A stretch of DNA of 64,000 bases from an uncultured Ignavibacteriales bacterium (GTDB taxonomy: Bacteria > Zixibacteria > MSB-5A5 > GN15 > FEB-12): the NCBI GenBank assembly GCA_964416195.1, contig CAYQDB010000007.1, forward strand, positions 78,160 through 142,159, written 5' to 3'. How positions within the stretch are numbered: position 1 is the first letter of the stretch; the number at the start of each line of letters is the position of its first letter. The position numbers and the translations under genes were made by a program. Of this stretch, positions 34,548 to 42,600 are shown one piece after another. Under the pieces are notes generated by a model, which worked only from the letters and a program-made list of their open reading frames with translations, ran no database searches and had not been told where the DNA came from.

Positions 34548-36041
34548 ATGGCCGACCACAGCTATAAACTACTGCTCACAGAAACACTTCTTCGTTTAGA
34601 TCTTCTCAAGCGAAAGATATTAAAGGAGAAAGCTAAAGACTTTCCCTCTCTTTCCCCTCTCATTTTTCTAACAACCCTTCTTGAAATAGTAAGCATCTTC
34701 AAGGAGGAATTAGCGAAACTCCATAGGGATTATATTGAAAACCATACAGTAAACCTTGACCTGATCATTTCCTTCTCACTATACACCCGGAGATTATCCT
34801 ACCACTTGTCGTTTGTGGAAAAGACGGGCAGTGAACATGTCCCCTGGAGCTTGATTCCACCTATTGAGGGTATCTTTCGACAGTTCCACAAAGAGCATAA
34901 GTTCATTGTCAGCGCACAGCCGGAATTCAACTATACTTATATGGAGTTATTGTCGGTGTATGAGGAACTCGTAGGGGAGATTATAGCCCCCGACAATCTT
35001 CGCAACCGACTGTATGAGCGAGCTAAGGGAGAGCTAACAGATTCACAATTTACTGAAGCTTTTTTTCCAAAAAATAAGTTTTATTCAAGATTTGGGTTCA
35101 TTTTCTTTCCCGCCGTTGAACGGAACTCCGTCTTTCAGCATGTTCTACTTGGTCACGAAATTGGATATAACTTCTTCTCTCTACAAAACCTCATTAATTT
35201 GATCCCAACGAACCTTCCTCTTTGGCGCCAAAAGCTACTGGAAGCCCTCGGCTACACTCAGGACGATGTGCAGAGGGACCTGCAGAAGGATGCCACGTAC
35301 AGGGAGAAGCTTGAACAAATGCTGGGGTATCTCGTGACGGGCCTCATCGAACTGGCCTGTGACATATTTGCGGTCAACACCTTTGGCCTTGCTGCACTCT
35401 TTGCTTTTGACAGTCATCTTGCCGGTACTGAGTCCTTTGACAAGATAGGGTCTTACGGCAGCAAAGTCTTGATGTACCCTCCTGGTCGATACAGACTAAG
35501 GGTCATCTGCAAGTTGGTAAAGGACTCGGGTGTAAATGAACGTCTTAAAAATCAAGCATCATCTGACAGGCGCCTTGTCACTGCTGTTTTGCGCAGGTTG
35601 AAACACATAGAAGAAGTTGTAGCAGATGAACAAGACAGGGCCAGTATCCAAAGTGACCCCGCGACAAGCGTAGCCTATGAGATCATTGATTCTAAGATTG
35701 ACGACCTGTTTAACGTCGTTTCTCGTACTTTTCCTAAAGACTATCCAAAAGGATTGGATTTGGACCAGTCTATTGTTCTCAAACTCGCAAATAGGTTGAA
35801 AGACAACATTATTCCGTGTGAAATCTACTCGTGCGTTGAGGAGAACTTTAGGGATAATTTAGATATCAACTACCGGCATATCATCAATGCTGGATGGTAT
35901 CACCGAATTGCTAACATCGATCTACTTGACGATATGCAGGAGTACATTGAAAGTATGAAAATAGCAAGCCGGTTGATCTTGAAAGCAATTGAGCTTAACG
36001 AAACCGGAACTAAATGGATGACCAAAAATGTCCCACAGTGA
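34548..36041 (+). CDS. Hypothetical protein (497 aa) with a near-miss metallopeptidase-like motif
   Basis: Long uninterrupted ORF in a ~39 % GC context. It has LLGHEIGYNFF (H203-E204-x-x-Y207) and, 65 aa later, LIELACDIFAVNTFG, which recalls the HExxH...E..A(N/D).FA layout of ImmA/IrrE-type peptidases. No confident family. Confidence 0.6.
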   Translation: MADHSYKLLLTETLLRLDLLKRKILKEKAKDFPSLSPLIFLTTLLEIVSIFKEELAKLHRDYIENHTVNLDLIISFSLYTRRLSYHLSFVEKTGSEHVPWSLIPPIEGIFRQFHKEHKFIVSAQPEFNYTYMELLSVYEELVGEIIAPDNLRNRLYERAKGELTDSQFTEAFFPKNKFYSRFGFIFFPAVERNSVFQHVLLGHEIGYNFFSLQNLINLIPTNLPLWRQKLLEALGYTQDDVQRDLQKDATYREKLEQMLGYLVTGLIELACDIFAVNTFGLAALFAFDSHLAGTESFDKIGSYGSKVLMYPPGRYRLRVICKLVKDSGVNERLKNQASSDRRLVTAVLRRLKHIEEVVADEQDRASIQSDPATSVAYEIIDSKIDDLFNVVSRTFPKDYPKGLDLDQSIVLKLANRLKDNIIPCEIYSCVEENFRDNLDINYRHIINAGWYHRIANIDLLDDMQEYIESMKIASRLILKAIELNETGTKWMTKNVPQ

Positions 36042-36675
36042 TGAGTCTCCCCGCGGCGAGGTTCTGAACAAAGCGGAGATTAAGGCTCGACTTCGAAGCG
36101 ACGAGCCTAGCAAGAAGTTAATTATTTCGCCGCTGTTGTCTACAGACCAAATTGCCGATGGAGCTGTCGATTTAAGGCTTGCAAGCGAGTTTTTAATTAC
36201 AAGGCGCACAGCGTTCTCTACACTTGATATTGCGCTCTCTCAGCAGTTTCAGAGAAACGCAGAGCGTTACCAAATTCATACTTATGTTCCGTATGGCCAA
36301 AAGATCGTACTACACCCAAGCGAGCTAATACTCGGAAGCACATTCGAGTACATTTGCCTGCCTAGGGACTTATTCGCATACATTTTGAGCAGGTCTTGTT
36401 GGGGAAGATTAGGTTTGGTGGTTGCCACTGCGGCACCTGTAAACCCGGAATTCAAAGGATGTTTAACGCTGGAAATGGTAAACTTGGGTGAGGTTCCCCT
36501 GACACTTTATCCTGGGCTGCCCATCGCACAGCTGATACTGCACACCTGCATGCAGGGCCATTATGACGGTGCCTATAAGTGTCCGACTGGTCCCAAACCT
36601 TCAAATGTGTGTTCGGATGAGAATACGGAAGAGAATGAGTTTTGGACCAAACATGTGAAGTATTACCCGCAGTAG
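36028..36675 (+). CDS. dCTP deaminase / dUTPase-fold protein (Dcd-like) with a Cys/His-containing C-terminal tail
   Basis: It aligns by eye to E. coli Dcd: VDLRLA, LHPSELILGSTFEYICLPRDL, SRSCWGRLGLVV, PEFKGCLTLEMVNLGEVPLTLYPGLPIAQLILH. The start overlaps the upstream stop by 14 nt. Confidence 0.8.
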   Translation: MSHSDESPRGEVLNKAEIKARLRSDEPSKKLIISPLLSTDQIADGAVDLRLASEFLITRRTAFSTLDIALSQQFQRNAERYQIHTYVPYGQKIVLHPSELILGSTFEYICLPRDLFAYILSRSCWGRLGLVVATAAPVNPEFKGCLTLEMVNLGEVPLTLYPGLPIAQLILHTCMQGHYDGAYKCPTGPKPSNVCSDENTEENEFWTKHVKYYPQ

Positions 36676-36684
36676 CGAACCTCG

Positions 36685-37773
36685 ATGCATCTCGTCAGTC
36701 TATCTGTCACCAACTTCCGCAACCTTAGTGGTGTAGAAATAAACCCTTCGCCTGGTGTAAATATCCTACATGGTAACAATGGTGCCGGTAAGACAAATTT
36801 GCTGGAAGCGATTTTTGTGCTATGCCTGAGCCGCTCGCAGCGTGGAGCAACGGATTCGGTTATGGTGAAGCAGGGGGCGGAGGTCTATCGAATTGAGGGG
36901 CAGATCCAACAGCGGGGGGTGATGCGCGAGGTAGCTGTTGCCTATCAAAGAGGGGGGCGCAAGAGGATAACGCTGGACCAGGTACCTGTAAGAGCCCGCG
37001 ATCTCTATGAGAACTATTGCGCTGTAGCGCTGGGGCCGGAGGATACGGAAATACTGTCCGGATCTCCTGCGGTCCGAAGGAACTTTCTGGATATCTACCT
37101 ATCTCAGTTTTCGAGTAGATACCTTGCTTGCTTGGTTGACTATCATAAGGTCCTCATGCATAAAAATGCTTGCCTTAGGTTGGACGGCGACCCCACTCCT
37201 TTCAATGTCCTGCTTGTCGACCACGGTGCGAAAATCATCACGGCCCGTTGTGAATTCATACAAGAGCTTGACCGCCTTGCCAAAGAGTGCTACGCCGAGA
37301 TTTCCAATGGTGGAAGTCTTCGTCTTACGTATCAGCCGTCAATCCCTCTGGAAGCAGGGCAAACGGAAACCGACGAGATAGGACAGAGTTTCAAGGTAGC
37401 GCTAGCCAAACACGGAGAGAGGGAACGATCAGCGCAAACGTCGTTAGTAGGGCCACACCGTGATGAGGTTTTGTTTCAAATAGGTGAATATCTGGCTCGG
37501 ACGCATGGTTCACAGGGTGAATGGCGGACAGCCGCGATTGCAATTAAGCTGGCCATCTATCGCCTGCTAAGGGATAAGCGCCAAATGCGGCCGGTATTGC
37601 TGCTTGACGAAGTATTTGCTGAACTCGACGAGCAGCGGTCGGCAGCGCTGACTAAGTCCTTCGCAGATTTTGGTCAGCTGTTTATGACCACGGCGACTGA
37701 GCCGCCGGAGTGTTTGCGCCAGCAAGGAAGAAAGTTCAGTGTGCGCGAGGGAACCGTTCAGGAGGTAGGTTGA
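36685..37773 (+). CDS. recF: DNA replication and repair protein RecF
   Basis: Walker A GNNGAGKTNLLEA, signature region LVGPHRDE, and Walker B VLLLDEVFAELD. Confidence 0.9.
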   Translation: MHLVSLSVTNFRNLSGVEINPSPGVNILHGNNGAGKTNLLEAIFVLCLSRSQRGATDSVMVKQGAEVYRIEGQIQQRGVMREVAVAYQRGGRKRITLDQVPVRARDLYENYCAVALGPEDTEILSGSPAVRRNFLDIYLSQFSSRYLACLVDYHKVLMHKNACLRLDGDPTPFNVLLVDHGAKIITARCEFIQELDRLAKECYAEISNGGSLRLTYQPSIPLEAGQTETDEIGQSFKVALAKHGERERSAQTSLVGPHRDEVLFQIGEYLARTHGSQGEWRTAAIAIKLAIYRLLRDKRQMRPVLLLDEVFAELDEQRSAALTKSFADFGQLFMTTATEPPECLRQQGRKFSVREGTVQEVG

Positions 37774-38820
37774 ATGCCCGGGCTCGTTCTAAAAAACGTG
37801 CGCAAGTCTTTTCCAGACAGCTTAGTCCTGGAGGATATTTCCCTTCAGTTGGACCAGGGCGAGCTGCTGGTGCTGCTTGGGCCGTCGGGGTGTGGTAAGT
37901 CCACTCTGTTGCGCCTGATAGCCGGCCTGGAAGAGCTTGATCAAGGCGAAATCTATATCGGCAGCAGACGTGTGGATCACCTGAAACCGAAGGATCGTAA
38001 CGTGGCATTGGTTTTTCAGAACTACTCCCTCTACCCTCACATGACGCTCGAAAAGAATCTGGGGTTCCCGCTAAGGGTGTCGAGGGTTGCCCGGTCGCAG
38101 ATTAAGAGCCAAGTACGGGGAGTAGCAGAGATGCTGGGGCTGGCGGACAAGCTGAAGGCGAAACCAGCCCACCTCTCGGGTGGCCAGCGACAGAGGGTGG
38201 CCCTCGGAAGAGCGATTATCCGTAAACCGTCGCTGTTTCTGTTCGATGAACCTCTGTCGAATCTCGACGCCGACCTTCGGACACGAATGCGCCGGGAGAT
38301 CGTGCGCATCCAGAAAGAGTTGAGCACAACCACTATTCACGTCACACACGATCAGGCTGAGGCGCTGACGATGGGTGACCGCATTGCACTTCTGCACAAC
38401 GGCGGGATTATTCAGATCGGTTCTCCGCAGGAATTGTACCACGACCCGGTGAACCTCTTTGTTGCTGAGTTTATTGGCTATCCAAAGATTAATCTTCTTG
38501 ACGCCAGTGTCGCCCGGGGGCTGCTCATTCCGTTTGGCTTGACAGTTTTGGATCAGCTTCCGCGTGACGGCAATGTGCTGGTCGGATTAAGACCGGAACA
38601 GATAACAATTACGCCGGACGGGGAGTACCTCGCAACGGTGGCGTCATCTGAGTACCTTGGGGGGCAGTATGTTATCACGTTGTCATTTAAGGGGCTGCTG
38701 CTGACAGTGTCGAATTGCAGTATGCAACTTGAATTGGGGATGCCGGCGAATTTCACTTTTTCCCAACGGGATTTGCTCTTTTTCGATCCCGCTACAGGAG
38801 AAAGAATCGCTCGTGAGTAG
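37774..38820 (+). CDS. ABC transporter ATP-binding protein, MalK/UgpC-type (no permease or binding protein nearby)
   Basis: GPSGCGKST, LSGGQRQRVALGRA, LFLFDEPLSNLD, and a C-terminal TOBE-like regulatory domain. Its ATG directly abuts the recF TGA. Confidence 0.9.
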   Translation: MPGLVLKNVRKSFPDSLVLEDISLQLDQGELLVLLGPSGCGKSTLLRLIAGLEELDQGEIYIGSRRVDHLKPKDRNVALVFQNYSLYPHMTLEKNLGFPLRVSRVARSQIKSQVRGVAEMLGLADKLKAKPAHLSGGQRQRVALGRAIIRKPSLFLFDEPLSNLDADLRTRMRREIVRIQKELSTTTIHVTHDQAEALTMGDRIALLHNGGIIQIGSPQELYHDPVNLFVAEFIGYPKINLLDASVARGLLIPFGLTVLDQLPRDGNVLVGLRPEQITITPDGEYLATVASSEYLGGQYVITLSFKGLLLTVSNCSMQLELGMPANFTFSQRDLLFFDPATGERIARE

Positions 38821-38921
38821 CTATGTAGGGCGATTGCGCGGCGCGATGATAACATGGGTACATAAAGACAATATGATCAGGATAGACTCCACTAATTTAT
38901 CTAAGCCGGTTTTTAAGTGAT

Positions 38922-39001
38922 AAAAAAACCCAAGCAGGTGATGGCCTGCCTGGGTGGACGATATTAGGTAATCCACAGAAAGAGTAACACTTTCCGATTG
39001 C
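38922..39001 (-). ncRNA. Predicted ~80-nt small RNA (orphan promoter to intrinsic terminator)
   Basis: A consensus promoter lies immediately upstream (see next feature). The terminator is an 11-bp stem, ACCCAGGCAGG/CCTGCTTGGGT, with one G-U pair and loop CCATCA, followed by U7 (38955 down to 38922). No plausible long ORF is present. Confidence 0.5.
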
Positions 39002-39007
39002 ACACTT

Positions 39008-39036
39008 ATTTTAATTACTTTCTGAGCTTTTGTCAA
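39008..39036 (-). promoter_or_regulatory. Near-consensus sigma-70 promoter on the minus strand
   Basis: TTGACA (39036-39031), an exact 17-nt spacer, then TAAAAT (39013-39008). Confidence 0.55.
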
Positions 39037-39437
39037 GAAAAAACTTGCTCTTTTTCATAATATTTTGTGATGACTTGGACTTCCCGGGCTGATAGTATCC
39101 TTTAATTGCAAGCCGCCCCAGTCTGTCTATGAATGCAACGAGAACGATGTCAGACAACGCGGGTGCACTTATCCACGCCAGTTGTTGAAAACGAGTTGAG
39201 ATATTGTTGAATTGTGTGTAACTCGTGTAATTGTAGCGAATTAGTTTGTGTGAGAAATTAAGAGATGCCCATTAGGATGATGATAAAAAAACTCACTTCC
39301 GCATCCTTCAACTGGTCAGTAACTTACAGTATTTGATTTTTCCTTCAGGCTGTTGGTAGTAAGCGGGGAGCATTATGTTAACGTCCGTTTTGCGTGTACT
39401 CTCTTGGTAGGCAAGGGACTATGGGGAGAAGAAAAAA

Positions 39438-39484
39438 ACACAATTTTTTGTAGTTCGGTATCTTGACGACACTATATATTGGGG
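39438..39484. promoter_or_regulatory. Tandem NrdR boxes upstream of nrdJ
   Basis: ACACAATTTTTTGTAG (39438-53) and ACACTATATATTGGGG (39469-84), compared with the consensus acaCwAtATaTwGtgt. The start-to-start spacing is 31 bp, about three helical turns. Confidence 0.7.
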
Positions 39485-39656
39485 CCCCGACTTTGAGGTT
39501 GGGTACATGCGGGGCCTTGTGCTTCTCTTAGCCAGAGGTTGCGGGCAGAACAGCCCTGATGTACTGACTCCATTATCAGAAACCGGTCGGTGTGGCCCGA
39601 GACACGGATAGTCAGGTCTTTCGTTGTGAGTTTTGGATAGGTACAGGAGGTAGGCT

Positions 39657-42600
39657 TTGAAAATTCAACGGTATTTCACCCGTGAGAATGAGTCACCATA
39701 TAGCGATATAGAATTCATTGCCCGGTCCTCGGAGATAAAAAATCCGGACGGTTCGACTGTCTTTAAACAGGAGGGCATCCAGGTACCGCGTCAGTGGTCA
39801 CAGGTGGCGGTGGACATACTAGCGCAAAAGTATTTCCGCAAGGCCGGAGTTCCCAAAACCGACAGTAAAGGCAATGTTGTAAGCGATGCCGAGGGAAATC
39901 CGGTGTATGGAGGCGAGACAGACTCGCGGCAGGTTTTCCACCGGCTGGCCGGCTGCTGGCGGCACTGGGGAGAGAAATACGGATATTTCGACAGCACCCG
40001 TGATGCGCAAGCATTCTATGACGAGATGTGCTACATGCTGGCAGCGCAGATTGTCGCTCCCAATTCACCGCAGTGGTTTAACACCGGCCTTCACTATGCT
40101 TATGGCATTGCGGGGACGCCGCAAGGGCATTACTACATTGACCCGGCTAATCACACTCTCACCGAGACTAAGAACGCCTATGAACGTCCCCAGCCGCACG
40201 CCTGCTTCATCCAGTCGGTAGCCGATGACCTTGTTAATGATGGGGGCATCATGGACCTCTGGCGTCGAGAGGCGCGTCTGTTTAAGTATGGTTCCGGCAG
40301 CGGGACGAATTTCTCCAACATCCGCGGGGCCAACGAATCTCTTTCAGGTGGCGGCAGGTCTTCAGGTTTGATGTCGTTTCTTCGTATCGGCGACCGGGCT
40401 GCGGGGGCCATCAAATCCGGCGGAACCACCCGGCGGGCGGCCAAAATGGTCTGTCTGGACCTGGATCATCCGGATATTGAGGAGTTCATCGACTGGAAAG
40501 TTGTCGAGGAGCAGAAAGTTGCCGCCATGGTCGCCGGCTCGAAGGTAATAACCTATCATCTGCAGGAGATCGTCAAAGCGGCACAAGTCTCCGGCACCAA
40601 CGGCGATACAGTTATCGAGACAGACCTGGCTAAAAATGCTGCTTTGAAAGAGGCTGTGCGCAATGCCCGGCATATGGCGGTGCCTCCTGTTTACATTAAA
40701 AAGGTTCTTGACTTGGCGGCTCAGGGGATAACGGAGATTGATTTTATTGACCTGAACACTGACTGGGAAAGCAATGCCTATATGACGGTCTCCGGTCAGA
40801 ACTCCAATAACTCCGTGCGTATCTCTAACAGATTCTTTGAGAAAGTGAAAGCGGGTGAGGAGTGGGAGCTCGTCCGGCGTACTGACGGTAAGACCGCTCG
40901 GACAATCCCGGCATCAAAGTTGTGGGAGAAGATCTGCTACTCGGCCTGGGCTTGTGCCGACCCCGGGGTGCAGTTTGATACGACCATCAATGAGTGGCAC
41001 ACCTGTCCGGAGGATGGACGCATCAACTCCTCGAATCCCTGTTCGGAGTACATGTTCCTGGACGACACCGCCTGCAATCTGGCGTCGATAAACGTGGCGA
41101 AGTTCCTCAGAGATGACGGAAGCCTTGACATTGAAGGTTACCTGCATGCCATACGCCTCTGGACGGTCGCTCTTGAGATATCTGTGTTGATGGCTTCTTA
41201 TCCATCGCCCACGATTGCACAGAAGAGCTATGAGTTCCGCACGCTGGGACTGGGATTTGCCAATTTTGGAACGCTTTTGATGTGTCAGGGGATTCCGTAC
41301 GACTCAGCCGAGGGGTACACCTGGGCTGCGGCGCTTAGCGCTCTGCTGAGTGGTCAGGCGTATGTGACTTCCGCTGAAATGGCCCGTGAGCACGGCCCCT
41401 TTCCGGCCTTCTATCACAATCGTGACCATATGCTGAGGGTGATCCGGAATCATCGCCGGGCCGCCAATAATGCGGATAAGTCGGAATATGAAGGTTTGAC
41501 CACCAAACCGATGGGACTGAACCCCAACTACCTGCCGGAAGAAATCGTGAAGTCTGTCCAACAGGTCTGGGACGAAGCGCTGGAGCTTGGAGAGACTCAT
41601 GGCTACCGCAATGCTCAGGTCTCGGTGATAGCTCCGACGGGGACAATCGGTCTGGTGATGGACTGCGATACCACAGGTATCGAACCTGATTTTGCCCTGG
41701 TTAAGTTCAAGAAGTTGGCCGGGGGTGGCTATTTCAAAATCATTAACAACTCGGTCCCGGTGGCGCTAAAGAAACTTGGCTACTCGCCCGAGGAGATCAA
41801 CGATATTATTCTCTATGCTACCGGTCGCAAGACGCTCAAGCAGGCTCCGTACATAAATCATGAATCTCTGAAAGCCAGGGGATTCGGTGATGCGGAGCTT
41901 GACAAGGTGGAGGCGAGTCTTGAGAACGTTTTTGATATTTCATTCGCCTTCAACAAGTACACGCTGGGCGAGGATTTCTTGAAAGACTCGCTGGGCCTTT
42001 CTGCTGAGACAATTGACGCCTGGGATTTCAACCTCCTGCGGGAATTGGGCTTCACCAAGGAGCAGATGGAGGCCGCCAATGAATACTGCTGTGGCACTAT
42101 GACTGTAGAGGGGGCGGCACATCTCGATGAAAAGCATCTGCCCGTTTTCGACTGTGCCAATCGTTGCGGCAAGAAGGGTCGGCGCTTTATTCCGTTTGAG
42201 GCGCATATCAGGATGATGGGAGCCGCTCAGCCGTTTGTCTCGGGAGCTATCTCCAAGACTATCAATATGCCGGCGGAGGCTGGTATCGACGATGTGAAAC
42301 GGGCGTACCGTCTCGCTTGGGAATCAATGAACAAGGCCATTGCCGTATACCGGGATGGGTCCAAGCTGAGCCAGCCGCTGACCTCGGCATTGTTTGACGA
42401 GGACGAAGAGAGCGAAGGGCTTTCGGTGAGCGTTGTGTCGCAAAAGATGGCCGAAAAGCTGGTGTACCGCTATATCGCCAAACGGCGCAAATTGCCCTAT
42501 CGCCGGGGAGGCTATACGCAGAAGGCGGTTGTTGGAGGGCACAAGATTTATCTTCGCACCGGTGAGTATTCTGACGGCACACTGGGAGAGATATTCCTCG

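Noticed and set aside
38821-39036. 71-aa minus-strand ORF between the ABC ATPase gene and nrdJ.
   Set aside because: Its start lies inside the minus-strand -35 hexamer, upstream of the predicted transcription start. It would read through the strong minus-strand intrinsic terminator and then antisense toward the ABC ATPase gene. The small-RNA interpretation fits better.
39485-39656. Possible cobalamin riboswitch in the nrdJ leader (AGTCAGG at ~39610 resembles part of a B12 box).
   Set aside because: Only a 7-nt resemblance is present. The rest of the B12 box and the conserved core helices are not recognisable. In addition, a B12-dependent RNR is not an expected B12-riboswitch target. It needs an Rfam scan to be sure.
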